The notes beneath the pieces were generated by a model that saw nothing but the letters and a program-made list of their open reading frames with translations, searched no databases and was not told the DNA's origin. DNA of 64,000 nt, from assembly GCA_025594325.1 (NCBI GenBank), contig JANHCV010000008.1, positions 930,001 through 994,000 of the forward strand. Reading direction: 5' to 3'. This DNA is from Blastocladiella emersonii ATCC 22665. Its lineage: Eukaryota > Fungi > Blastocladiomycota. Position numbers and translations under genes: made by a program. Below, piece by piece: positions 24,270 through 35,790 of the stretch. The stretch's first letter is position 1. Each line of letters starts with the position of its first letter.

Positions 24270-25180
24270 AGTCCACGTAAATGAACTGCACATTTCTTTG
24301 CGATGGAGTCGCGAGGACGCGTTGTGAGTGGGTGGCTCGCTCCCTGTCTACACGCTTCCTCTCTCTCTTTTTTCTGTCTCGCACGCTGTCTCGCATATCG
24401 CACGTGATGTGGCGCCGCCGACCACCCGATCGCGCCTTCTCGCGCGCTCCGGCCCCGTTCCGCCGCTACCCCGTGTTCCTCATCTCGGCCGTGTTCACCC
24501 GCCGTGCCACTCGGCGCATCACGCGCTGTGTCCCCGCCCGTGTACCGACCCTCAACTCGCGTGCTCGCGCGCTTCTCGCCCCATGATCCCGGGCCGTGTG
24601 CCCCAACCCGCTTGGCCCGCTCGCGCCGTGCCCCAAGATCACCTGCCCATCCTGTTCGACTCGATCGTCGCTGCCGCACCGCAGTGCTCGGCGCCCCTCG
24701 CCCGCCTCCGCCAGCAGCGGCCTCGCCTCGCCCACGACCACGATATGTACCGGCCGCCGCCCGCGCCCTGGCGTTGGTCAGCACCCTCGTTGTGCTGGAC
24801 CTTCTGCCTCTTCGCCGCGTCGGGTCGGTTCGCGGTCGTGATCCAGTCGTGGCCGCGGATCTATTCTCTAGTGTTTGTGCTGCCGCCACCATCGGGAACC
24901 TCTGCCGCGGAAGGTTACGTTCCGTGGTCGCGCCGCGCCGTCTTCTCGTCTTCTCGTCTTCTCGTCTTCTCGTGTACACGGCGACCGAGATCCCCCTCCT
25001 CGCACTACTTCGTCGTCGCGAACGATCCCTGAACTCTCAGCGTCGATTTGATGCGGGAAAAGTGTTGTTCGCTGAACGGCTCCTTGCATTTCATACGACT
25101 TCTCTGCCGCTCCTCATGTCATGATTCTGTTTGTAGAAGGATCGAGTGTGTTTGGAATATGAATATGGGGTGCGCTCGCT

Positions 25181-25388
25181 TCACTCGAGCTCAACAATCT
25201 GGCCATCCATGCCCGCGGCAGTGCCAGCGCCCGATCCGTGCTGCTGCTCCTGCTGCGCGCGCTCGCACTGAAGTCTCGCCAGCGACTTTCGCGCCGAGGC
25301 GATATTCGCGGCAAACCTTTCGTCGCTTCCGTCTGACATCGCGGCCAGCGTCGAGTTGTAGTTGGCCATCCGCTCCTTGGCGTGTGCC

Positions 25389-25421
<33 letters not shown>

Positions 25422-25500
25422 CTTCTCGAGAATCTACACGGATCAGCGAGTGTAAGTTGCCTTTCCCGATCGCGACGCCAAGAGCGAGTCAAGTCGAAGC
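25181..25500 (-). pseudogene. Possible degenerate third member of the small helical family
   Basis: MANYNSTLAAM...QIVELE* resembles MAEYEAMVSS...YVELE* of 18532. The upstream part is scrambled. Confidence 0.35.
25389..25421 (+). repeat. (GAT)11 microsatellite
   Basis: Read directly from the sequence. Confidence 0.95.
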
Positions 25501-27273
25501 GAGCTTTGCTGCTGTGGCCGAGTACTCGACCGTGGCCGCGTGGCCGTGGCCGTGGCCGAGAAGTCAACCGGCCGTGAACTGCTTGCTCGCCGGCCGTTGC
25601 CGCGCCCCGTCTCGCGGTGCAGGACGTCGCCACCCACGTCGCCACCCACCCGCCGTACCGCGGCCAGTCGCCCAACGCCTTGACGCCATGATATAGCTCG
25701 CCGACCTTCCATCACGTGCCAAGAGGGCAGGTCGTACTTTGACGGCGTGGCAAGGCAGCAGGTCGAGCGAGTGTGGCCGCGGATCCCGCAGTACGACACG
25801 GCCGCGCGACAACGACTCGAGCAAGCGAATTTGAGCTGACCAACTGGCGCAGAGGATCATGTTCTCGCGCATCCACACGGATCAGCGAACGTGATTTGTC
25901 CGTTCGCAGGAGTTTCGAGCATGAGCGAACGAGTACCTTGATGAACGACTCGACTCGACTCGCCGCCCTTGGCGTTGAGGTGGCGCGAGCTGGTGCCGTG
26001 GACCTTGAAGAAGTGGTGGGTCGAGAAGCTTGGAGAATCCGCATCATGTCGGTGCAAGTGTCAGTCGGGCTTTCATGAAGGCAGAAAAGGTCGGGAGAAG
26101 CGTACGTGTTGCTGCGGTCCAGTCGACTGTGCACGCGCGCCGCGCTCGGCGCCAGGCGCGACTCGAACCCGATGATGTTGCCGGCAGCGACGCGCGGCGA
26201 ACGATGCGCCGAGTGGATCACGAAAGCGAGTCGAGCTGGTGCCGCGCCGGGGCTTGCGGAACCTACTAGTTCGGGCAGCAGAGAGTGAGTTTCCTGGTCA
26301 TGAAGAGATGCGGCGGATGGCGTAGTACCTTGATGCGCGATTACGGCATCCTTGCACTTGTCGAGGGTTGGGTCACCGACTTGAGAGCTGCCGCGACCAC
26401 CCGCCGGACACGCGAGAGTCGCTATCGTCGTCGAGTATAGCATTAATAACCCATTTCCACCACCTGCCAAGCAGTGGGTGCCGAGGGTTACGCTCCCATC
26501 GTGCGTGCGAAGCGAATGGCCGCCGCGCGGGCCCCGCAGCACGACGCGGATGCAACACGACGCGAATGCGCGCCGGCCATGACCACGACCACGACCCACG
26601 ACCACGGCCGGCCGCCGCTTGCCGGGTGATGGCGCCTGGCTGGCGCGCGTGCGCGGAGAAGCTAGCTACACGGATCAGCGAGTGGGATTTGGTCAATTAC
26701 GGCAGCACGGAGCAGCACGAGAGCAGTGGTACCTCGGAGGGCGACTTGGCCAGGACGGCGGCCATGAGCGACACGCGATGGGAACTTGATGATGACGCGC
26801 GTAGCGAAAACTCACCGCGTCGGCTGAGATGCAATCGAAATGATCGTCGAGTCCGATCAGCGCGCGTCCTTGACGAGCTTGAGCTGCCCGATGATGGACA
26901 TGGTGCAGTTGCGCGACAGCTTGCCGAGGTGGAGACCGAGGTACAGCGAGCGACGACAGCTTGGCCTCGATGGCCAGTCTGGATGATGGTCGTCGAACAC
27001 CAGCCCGACCCGCCTACACGATGACGGGGATCATGAGGTTAGAGGCGATGAGCGCCACGTCCGGGTGATGCAGTCGTACCCGGCGCGCGAATGCACTGCC
27101 GACCTTGACGTCGACTGGATCAGGTCGACCGCCGATCTCAAACTCGGGAAGGGAAACTGCTGCACGCCCAGTAGCCGTTCTCAAGTTAACTGCCGGCCAA
27201 ACGCCAGCAAGGTGTTGACCAGGGTTACGTGTACTGGGAAGTGGTGCGCTGAGCGGTGAGGGGTGGTAGATGT

Positions 27274-27295
27274 GACGCGTTTGGATATCATGTGA
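27274..27295 (+). promoter_or_regulatory. Composite upstream motif GACGCGT-TTG-GATATCATGTGA
   Basis: Exact consensus, about 114 bp before ACTCCATGCAAC (27409). Confidence 0.65.
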
Positions 27296-27378
27296 GTGTG
27301 GCGTGACGGGATCGCGCCGTGCGAGCGATCGGCCCCTGAAACCGCCCGTCGCCTCGACGCGCTCATCCCAATCCGCCC

Positions 27379-29067
27379 ATGTCGCTGCCCATGAACCACC
27401 ACCATGAAACTCCATGCAACTACACGCAATCCGCTCGAGACGACGAGGTCAATGCGCGACGCGCCGTTCCCAATCCCAAGCACGGCCTGCCGTCGCCGGT
27501 CTCCGCCAGACTTCCGCCGCCCCTGCCCGCCGCAGCTGCCGATCGTCGCGTTCTTCACGAGCAGTCGCTGCTGAAACTCATGAGCCTGCACATCGACTCG
27601 ATCCATTTGGCTCTTCGGCTACGGGAATCGAGCGTGCGACGCGAAGAGCGGGTCGACCTCCAGCGAGAAGGCTTGCACGCGAGCGAGACGATCGGCGAGC
27701 TCCAGCTGCTCGTCGGGCGCCTCGAGCGTACTGACGGATTCGTCGGGTCTGTCGCCGCTAACGCACATGCAACGGAACGGCGTGCCAGCGCAGTCCTTAT
27801 GACGCCCGTAACGCGCTCGTCGAGCATCTCGCATCGGGACGGGCCGCCCAATCGGATACCGCCCGCCGACTCTCGGCTTCCTCGACGCGCCGACTCGCGC
27901 GACGAACCTTCTTCACGGGATCGGTCACGCTCGCCCTCTCCAGCACTTTCACGCGGGCGACATCGGTCACGCTTAGGCTCGCGTTCACGCACGCTTTCTC
28001 GATCATGTTCCCGCTCGCTTTCGCGCTCGCCATCTCGTTCCCCCGAACGCGTACCCCACCGCTCGCGTCACGGCTTGCCCGCGCAACAGCTGACCATCGA
28101 CGAGTTCCGCGTCCTGTTCCTCCACATGCGCGACTATGGCCCGCGATTTCGCCAAGTCGAGACGTGTCCGCGCTCTTTCACCAACGACCCGCGCCAGTTC
28201 GTCGAGTGGCTTCGACGCTTCGCTTCTTCGCGCGATTGCCGACCCGCTCCCGTCACGCTCGCCCTCGCGCTGCTTGCTTCCAGCTCAAACGTCCCGTGGC
28301 GCGTCTACCACCTGTACTCGGTGTTCCTGCGCACCGAGATGATCGATGAGGAGGCCGAGCAGATCTTCTTCGATTCGGTCAACCCCGCCCATCCGCAGTA
28401 CCGCGACTGGGCCGCGCGGTGGCTCAATATCCCGCGAGTGCCCGGCACGCCCGTCTCCGACTTTTACACCAAGTACCACGCGCTGCTCGAAGAAGCCGCG
28501 CCGGGCCGCGCCGACGACCTCGAGGGCTCGTGGCCAATCAAGCTCGCTTTCGCCGAGCGCCTGCTCAGCTTCGTGGGCCCAATCCCGCAGCACCTGCACG
28601 CGATCATCTGGCACAAGCTCGGCAACGTCGAGCAAATGAACGAGGTCCTGCGCGGCGTCGTGTTCGCCAACAACAACCTGACCCGCGAGTACGCGGACGT
28701 GTGGGGCGGCGGGTCCGGGTGCTGGTTCTGCCGCCACTTTCTCGACCTGTGCCCGCCGTCGGCACGCACTCACCCGCGCACCGCTTGCCCGCTCATCATG
28801 CACCCGTACGCGCTGTCAGAGGTCGTCGTCGCCGCGATGCGGGTTGCGGAGATTGACTGGCCGCAGCTCCGGCGCGACGCAGGGTCCGACAATGCGGCGC
28901 TCGCGCGTGTCCACTCGCGGCTCGCAATTATCGCGCCGCAGTTCCCAGCGGTCAAGCCGGGCAGGGCGGTGCTCGACTCGGTTGGCCAAATGGGCAAGCT
29001 CCTGCGCGAGCGCCTGCTCAGTATGGTGGTGCCCACCATTGACGAGCTGTGGAGGAAGAATGTATAG
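27379..29067 (+). CDS. Gag-like capsid / zinc-knuckle protein with RS tract (562 aa, subfamily I)
   Basis: EQSLLKLMSLHI, DWAARWLNIPRVPGTPVSDFYTKY, CWFC-x13-HPRTAC. Confidence 0.85.
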   Translation: MSLPMNHHHETPCNYTQSARDDEVNARRAVPNPKHGLPSPVSARLPPPLPAAAADRRVLHEQSLLKLMSLHIDSIHLALRLRESSVRREERVDLQREGLHASETIGELQLLVGRLERTDGFVGSVAANAHATERRASAVLMTPVTRSSSISHRDGPPNRIPPADSRLPRRADSRDEPSSRDRSRSPSPALSRGRHRSRLGSRSRTLSRSCSRSLSRSPSRSPERVPHRSRHGLPAQQLTIDEFRVLFLHMRDYGPRFRQVETCPRSFTNDPRQFVEWLRRFASSRDCRPAPVTLALALLASSSNVPWRVYHLYSVFLRTEMIDEEAEQIFFDSVNPAHPQYRDWAARWLNIPRVPGTPVSDFYTKYHALLEEAAPGRADDLEGSWPIKLAFAERLLSFVGPIPQHLHAIIWHKLGNVEQMNEVLRGVVFANNNLTREYADVWGGGSGCWFCRHFLDLCPPSARTHPRTACPLIMHPYALSEVVVAAMRVAEIDWPQLRRDAGSDNAALARVHSRLAIIAPQFPAVKPGRAVLDSVGQMGKLLRERLLSMVVPTIDELWRKNV

Positions 29068-29147
29068 TATACCTCGCTTGCTCATCGCATCGCACACTGT
29101 CAGTATCGAATTCTATTGACGCTCTCGCCGAATCGCCCTGAATCTGA

Positions 29148-29726
29148 TCACCGCACCGACGATAACCTGCTGCACAGGTCGGACATGCGAGTCGAACATC
29201 GCGCGGGAATTTCATAGAGTGCAATGGGGTACACCCTCGCGAACTGCAACGCCTCGCACGCCTTGAGCTTGGCTCTGTACATGATTGACTTGTGTCCGCC
29301 GCGTACCCAGAAGAAAAAGCGGTGAGCGTCACGTATGACCTGCTCGTCATCGAGGCGTACGGAGGAAATTCGAGCAGCCGACGCATTAACAGGCAAACCG
29401 GACTCTGAGGCAGACTGCGATTCGCGTTGCGCCACATCACGTATGCGCCGCCTCAAATTTTCCGAGCGCGCTCTCACAGGCGTTGCGGTCAGCGTTGCGG
29501 TGGCCGAGAGAACCCGCTCCCTGCTTATGCACGCGTTGACCACGTACATGAACATGCAACGTGTTCGGTGTCGCAGAGGAGGGACTTTGGCAAGCGATCG
29601 GCGCACGCTTGTTGCTCGTCCACCTCGCGCTTGCAACGCGACTGTGCTCGACTCCGTGTAAGAGCACAGCCACTCATGCTTCATTGCTTTTATCCAAGTC
29701 CGAAGGGCATGTGCGTCCCCACACAC
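29148..29726 (-). CDS. Hypothetical small protein (likely start ATG near 29678)
   Basis: 192-codon non-repetitive ORF filling the gap between two Gag-like genes. No recognisable motif. Confidence 0.3.
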   Translation of the reverse strand: MCGDAHALRTWIKAMKHEWLCSYTESSTVALQARGGRATSVRRSLAKVPPLRHRTRCMFMYVVNACISRERVLSATATLTATPVRARSENLRRRIRDVAQRESQSASESGLPVNASAARISSVRLDDEQVIRDAHRFFFWVRGGHKSIMYRAKLKACEALQFARVYPIALYEIPARCSTRMSDLCSRLSSVR

Positions 29727-29832
29727 ACTCGCCGATCAGCCGCTACGTGAAACGCCCCCAGTTTCACTTGAAGATTCGTGTCCATGCCAAACCCCTCTCA
29801 AGCCTGCTCGAAACTCGACTTCGCCGGACGAA

Positions 29833-31093
29833 ATGGCCGTTGGAACTTCTCCGTCGTCAAATTCGTGTTGTATTCCAGCGCCAAACGAGGTGCACGAGCT
29901 TCTCGAGACGGGTGAAATCTTGGATGCAATGGATTGCGCCAAGCCGCTCGCGAGCGGGACTATTGCAGTTGCTGGGCCAAACGCGCCGTCGCCTCCTCCC
30001 CCTCGACCAATTCAACATTCCTCTTTCTCAATCGCGGCTGCTGGATCACATGTGGCCTCGATTCGCCCTACTCGACCGGTCCAGCCTTCCGCTCTCTCAA
30101 TCACACCTGCTCCGGAGGAAATCCACGATCTCGCGGCCCAATATCACGTTGGATCGTACGATCCATTACTTTGCAGTTCATACCCGCAAGCAGGCCCGGT
30201 ACTCTGGTTAAACCGTTACATGGACACTCGCGCCTTGCCCCAGGCCGGCACCGATTTCCTTGACAAGCTGCGTCAGTGCAAACCGACCTTTAGCCTTGCA
30301 AGTTTGCTTCGGAGTGCGTCCATGTTCGTACCTCGTGGCGTTTACCAAATCTACGCGGTCTTTCTGCACGAGGGCATGTCTGACGATGCAGCGAAACAAG
30401 ATTTTTTCAAAACGCAAGACTGGACGCAGCGGTGGCTCACGCTCATGCCGCAGCCCGGCGAGTCGGTGTGGCACTTCTACGCTGCTTTCTGCGCCACGCT
30501 GTGCGAAGAGGCCATTCTGGACCAAGGCCCGGGGGAGCTCACCTCGCGGCAGTTCAAACAAATCTTCGCCAAGCGAATGTGGGCGAATCTCACCCGGGCG
30601 CCGGATGCAGTACGAGCCCTCTTATTCGACAAGCGTTCGACACTCAACGACTTGGCTGCCGCGATCAGCAGTACGGTGGGTCGGCGAGGATATGACAAGT
30701 ACGGGAACCCGGTCGTGTGCTTTTTCTGTGCGCAGGTCCCATACCTTCGCCACGACGCGCAGAAGCACCGCCTCGCAACGTGCGGGCAGTTTCGCGACAT
30801 GCATATCCACGCACGCTTCGTCATCGACGCGCTCGCGTCGACCAGCCTGGTGCTACCGACCACACAATGAAGTACTGGCTGGCTGGGCCGCGGACTTGAC
30901 TACGCAAATGCTCCGCGAGCTCCGCGACGCGGTGCCTGTGGCAGAGACGTGCGCACAGCTCATGGACCCCATCGAGAATGCCCGCGGATTGCTCCACGCG
31001 CTGGTTTCACTTGACATCTCGGAGTCGTAAAAGGCCATCGCAATGCACGGTCTGTGGGTCCAGGTTGTCGCGCTGAATCGTGACCAGCGTTAG
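29833..31093 (+). pseudogene. Gag-like family member (subfamily II): leader lost, frameshift and nonsense codon
   Basis: WTQRWLTLMPQPGESVWHFYAAF and CFFC-x12-HRLATC. Frameshift near 30862, then in-frame TAA at 31028 before KAIAMHGLW (cf. KLIAMHGLW in 59323). Confidence 0.8.
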
Positions 31094-31327
31094 GATTGCT
31101 CAAGTGCACTGGCGGCAATGCTGGGGTAAAGAACTATCCAGATTCATACATACCACTGTCTTGCGCGTGTCCAGTCGTGAGCTGCAAGCTTGATGGCGCG
31201 ATGGTCACGTCCGCGTGACTGTTTGCCGCGAGGCTGAAACAACCGATCTCCGCCAAACATTGCTCCCGCTCTCACTCCTCTCCTCCCTTGCACCGCTGTC
31301 ATCGGCGCCCATGTAACTCGCTTCAAA

Positions 31328-33184
31328 ATGCAACTCGCTGCATCGGATCTTGATCTTTATGCTTCCGCGGACACACTTGTCAAATCCGCCCTTCAAGAAA
31401 GTCGCCTGCCCGTCGAGCGCGGTGGCTTAGTCGAGCTCCGATCCGCCACCTTGCTCAAAATCATGAACTTGCGGATAGAGCTGATCCGCACCACCATTGC
31501 GACGCGTTGCCCACAATCCACGAGCGCCTCAATCGCAGCCCTGCGTGCGCGTGCGCAAGCCGCTGCTGTATTGCTTCAAAAGGTCGAAACGCTCGGTGTC
31601 TCGATTGACTTGCAGCTCGCGGAATGTGATTCGAGCCGGCGACCAGACCGACCACCTCGCCTTGATCGCTGCGCTTCTCCCTTAAGTCGACCAAGCCCTC
31701 CTGTGCCGTCGTTACATGCTCCCGCCTCACGCATGTGCGACCTCGTAGCTCGCGTGGAACGTTGCGTCTTGTACTTTCGGTACCACGGCACCGACGTTCC
31801 TCAATCGCGGATTTGCTGGAACGCCGAGTTTTTCCTTGATCGCCTGCGCACCGTGGCGCCCGACGTGCCGCTCGCCTCGCTCATTCTCGCGGCGCGGTCC
31901 CGACTGACGCCAGACCTGTACACGGTCTGCGTCGCTCTGCTGCGCCCCGGCATGACCGACACCGAGGCCGAGAACGCGTTCCTACGCGCCTCACAGCCCG
32001 CCTGGAATACCAAGTGGGTCCACAGGTGGCTCAACTTTGCGCCGCGGTCGCGCGACACGATCAGCGCGTTCCACGCCGAATTTCGCGTTCGGCTCCGCCA
32101 GGTGACGCAGCTCGTGCCCGCGGTTGAGCGCGAGTTCCACCTCAAGCTGCTGTTCGTCCGGCGAATCGAGGACCGGCTTGCGTGGACCGCCGAGTCGGTG
32201 CGCCGCATCGTAGATGACGCGCGCGGGTTGATCAGTGATATTGTCGCGGAGTACAACCGGCTGCTTCGTGTGGAGCGGGTCCAGGGGGCGGGGATACCGC
32301 AAACGCGAGTCGCATCACGCGTTCTTACTATGCCCCCGGCCGTGTCACCTACACCGGCAACCAGCTCGCGCTCAAGTTCAAGTTCGCGGGCACGGTCTCG
32401 TGCACGAAATCGCTCGCGCTCGCGATTGACTTCTCCCACGCGTTCCCGCTCGTGTTCGAGAGTCCGCTCTCGTTCCCACTCGCGCTCAAGAGTCCGCTCT
32501 CGTTCCCGTTCGCGCTCGAGGGTCCTCTCTCGTTCCCGTTCGCGCTCAAGGGTCCGCTCTCGTTCTCGTTGGGTCCGCTCTCGTTCCCGTTCGCGCTCAA
32601 GGGTCCGCTCTCGTTCTCGTTCGCGCTCAAGGCTCCACTCTCGTTCCCGTTCGCGCACGAATGCCTGTTCACGAACCCTTTCGCGCTCGAAATCTCGCTC
32701 TCCTTCGCGCACACGCTCCCCGTCTCGCCCACGCCATCGCTCTCGATCCCCTGCGCGACACCGCGAGCCCGTAGGCCAGCCGTGTCTGCTTTGCGCCGAC
32801 CTGGACGTGAACCTCCCGCAGCGCGGCGAGAGCCAGTTGCGCTCGTTCCGCGGCTGCCCGACCGACCACACCACCCGGACCTGTCCGCTCCTCGACCGTC
32901 CGAACGACCTTGCACGGCCGTTTGTTGTGTCCTCGCGCGCGTTCGGACTCGGCGATCCCATAGCACCGCCGCCGGACGCCGATCCGTGGGTGCTCGACCA
33001 GGTGACGTATGAATGGGCGGGCAAGTTCAACAAGACGCTGATCCCGCGCGGCACGACGCCCGAGGTCTCGCACGAGCTCAAGTGGTGCCGCGGCATGACC
33101 AAGGTGCTTCTAGCGCTCCCGCAGCCGCGGCGGGCGGAAGTCATGCGCGGGATGTGGAGCGAGGTGGCGAAGCGGGTCGGGTAG
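31328..33184 (+). CDS. Gag-like protein with the RS tract after the capsid core (618 aa, subfamily III)
   Basis: LLKIMNLRIELI, WVHRWLNFAPRSRDTISAFHAEF, RS array, CLLC-x24-HTTRTC, ends VMRGMWSEV. Confidence 0.85.
   Translation: MQLAASDLDLYASADTLVKSALQESRLPVERGGLVELRSATLLKIMNLRIELIRTTIATRCPQSTSASIAALRARAQAAAVLLQKVETLGVSIDLQLAECDSSRRPDRPPRLDRCASPLSRPSPPVPSLHAPASRMCDLVARVERCVLYFRYHGTDVPQSRICWNAEFFLDRLRTVAPDVPLASLILAARSRLTPDLYTVCVALLRPGMTDTEAENAFLRASQPAWNTKWVHRWLNFAPRSRDTISAFHAEFRVRLRQVTQLVPAVEREFHLKLLFVRRIEDRLAWTAESVRRIVDDARGLISDIVAEYNRLLRVERVQGAGIPQTRVASRVLTMPPAVSPTPATSSRSSSSSRARSRARNRSRSRLTSPTRSRSCSRVRSRSHSRSRVRSRSRSRSRVLSRSRSRSRVRSRSRWVRSRSRSRSRVRSRSRSRSRLHSRSRSRTNACSRTLSRSKSRSPSRTRSPSRPRHRSRSPARHREPVGQPCLLCADLDVNLPQRGESQLRSFRGCPTDHTTRTCPLLDRPNDLARPFVVSSRAFGLGDPIAPPPDADPWVLDQVTYEWAGKFNKTLIPRGTTPEVSHELKWCRGMTKVLLALPQPRRAEVMRGMWSEVAKRVG
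32380..32740 (+). repeat. Tandem about 30-bp repeat (GTCCGCTCTCGTTCCCGTTCGCGCTC...) encoding RSRSRSRSRV
   Basis: About 7 near-identical units are visible at DNA level. Confidence 0.9.
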
Positions 33185-33461
33185 GCGATTGCACTGGATT
33201 TGTACTCGCGAAAGAGATGGGCTACATATATCAATTTTGCTGCGCAAAATTTTGGCCGCTTGGCAACGCGTTGCATGGTTGTTGCGAGGAGAGACGACGC
33301 GGCGATGCGTGAGCCAACGGGCAGCGATTCATGCAGTATATTTGAGACGCGTTTTCGCGGGCCGCCGCTCTTTATTCCTCGCGAAATGATAGTACGCGCA
33401 CAGTACAGGTCGCAAGACGAGCCGCGGAAGATGAAAGTAGAGTAAATCTCGCCCATCACGC

Positions 33462-33977
33462 TCAGTATCGAATCCCCTTGATCTCCCGCCGCGGCACCCC
33501 GAACTTGGTCACCATGTCAACGTTGCTCCACACCGGCCGAACATGAGACTCGAGCATCGCCGCGGGCACCTCGGCCAGCGCCGTGAGATACATGCTCGCG
33601 TAGCGCAGCGCCTCGCGTGCCTTGGGCGCTGTCATTCTGTCAGTGCACGCCTCGCGCGTGCGTGCCGCGTACTCGGAAGTCAGCGCGTTCAGAGTATCAT
33701 AGGACTTGCTTGTCATCTTCTCGTGCAGCGGAAACTCGGGCAGCCACCGCAACCCAAAGTAGACGGACCTGGCGACCCGCCCTGTGTTCCCAGTGTGCTG
33801 GCACCGTACGAGGGCGTGTTGTGGCGCCGTTTTGCGCAAGATCTCGAAGTTCAAACAGTAAACGCACGGCTTGGTCTGCGCACGGATGAGCTTTGGGTCG
33901 TCAGCGGGGGAGGGAGGAAATACGACGGCGGGTGGCGGGCGCTTTGGCGCACGCTGGAGGTTGCGGGGCTGCTTGTT
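33462..33977 (-). pseudogene. 3' fragment of a Gag-like gene (the only minus-strand member)
   Basis: KPCVYC-x12-HALVRC knuckle and C-terminus HVRPVWSNV. The reading frame stays open up to the Helentron-like end at 33978. Confidence 0.75.
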
Positions 33978-35790
33978 TTCTCAGCTGTAGCTTTAGCGAA
34001 GCTGAGTTTCTGTTTGAGCAATTGATACCTATCAGAGACATCAACCTGCACGTGAACCAAGCTTCGTCTGCAGTTCTGGCCCCCGACCCCAACTCTCTTG
34101 GTCTAGCTCTCATTCCAAGTCCCCGACTCCCCGCATTGGCCTCAGCTTTGTGTCTAACACTGCTTATTTGACGAGGCGACCTACTTGAAAGTCTTCAAAT
34201 GTGCGTCAACCTGGAGTGACAGTGGAGCGGTCGGTCGGTGCTGTCTCCCACTGCTGCGCCACCCGCTGAGCCACACGCTGAGCCACCGCTCTCCGACCCC
34301 GCCTGCAGCTCCGTCGCCAACCGTTACGACCGCTTTCGAAGAACAACAATCAGCGCAGCATCAAGGTCGCGCAAAGATCATTTTGAAACACCCGGCGCAA
34401 AATATAGGTCCTCTATTTCCGCTGGTTCCCTTAACTGTCTTTAATCTGGCCGCCCGAACTTCCGCGCTTCGATCCGCCTTTGTCTTTCTCATTAGGCGCA
34501 AAAAAGTCTAGAGTTCGTGAATCGCCTAGTTACCGAGAAAGTACAAGGTCATGGATCTGGGTCATCGTTCGCAAGTAAATGATTTCATTGTTGGCGATGG
34601 GTAGCGTCTACATGGCGATTACTGAGGGGTAGCGATGACGTGACGTACACATTGACTGGAGAAAGCTCAACATGCACGCAGCAAGGCGAGAACGGTGCGA
34701 CGCGAGCCCGAAACATATGTTTCAGGCGGCGAGAACGACTCCGAGGATCCACGACCACGACTGGATCCCGCCAGCTAACCGAGCCTAGCCCGGCGATAAA
34801 GAAGAAGGCTCAGCGGCGTCAGGCGTGTACGCGCCCACTGCATCATACTGAAAGTAGTCAGCCGCGAATCGTGCTCGACACCGCGTACCGCGTCGTGCGG
34901 GTCGACCTGCGCGACACAATTCTTTCTCGCTCCAATACGTCGTTGACGAGGTTACGGGCGAGGCGCACATGCGCATCGTTGACGTGATCGACGTCAAGTA
35001 CTGGCCCTGCGTCAAGATCCCCTTGGGCTCGATCCTGATCGCTGGTCAGACGTCGGCCGCGTGCGAAAGATCCTCACGGCGACGCTCGTTGCGTTCCGCT
35101 CAATAGCCATCGCCCAGAACGCGAGTCAGGGTGACGCCCATACACTGCGGCGCTTCACGACGGCGTCCAAATTATCCAAGTTTTTAGTAACCTTCCCGCC
35201 CACTGCAACACACCGCGCTTGATCCGTCACGCGCCGACCAGCAACCCAGCGACCGTCGCTGCAGCGGACCTGGCCTTGGCCTTCTCGTCAGTGGCTTCTT
35301 CGTTTGCGAAGGGTGCCGCCGATGCAGCCTCGTACCAGTTCGGCCTGGTGGATCGCAAGCTTACGAACCGCAACACAGAAAGCACGCGGAGGGTAACAGG
35401 TGCGTGAGGTCGACTGCTCCTTAGACTGCTTCTCATGGACCGGGACCATGAGCAGGTGCTCGGGCGAACGTTCTCTCCAGCAAGGCTGCGGACGATCCGC
35501 GCTCAGGAACAAGGCGGCGTGGGCGGCCGCGACCTTGGTCACGAGGGCTTCTCCCGCTCCTCAACTTTGTTAACTCGGTTTACTTAGCTGGCACGGACTC
35601 TCAGGCAGCCAGCGCGACATGTTTGAGTCCAGCCTCAGTTCCGACCATGAGCCACGGCTAGAGTGCTTGCTCAACCGAATAACGTGATTTTCTGCCGAGT
35701 GAGTTGTACCTGCGCTGCTATTCTCATCATCGACACGTCAGACTTAAGCTACAGCTGAGACCCAAGTGTGTGCGCAGCACACACACCTAG
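33978..35790 (+). mobile_element. Non-autonomous Helentron/Helitron2-like element
   Basis: 5' TTCTCAGCTGTAGC...GCTGAGTTTCTGT. 3' GCTACAGCTGAGA (inverted copy) plus hairpin GTGTGTGC-GCA-GCACACAC plus ACCTAG|T. Same end design as the Rep/helicase-bearing copies. Confidence 0.8.

Noticed and set aside
24296-24312. TTTGCGATGGAG resembling the right end of element A
   Set aside because: Only about 12 bp match, the match includes flank sequence, and there is no partner TIR or subterminal repeats.
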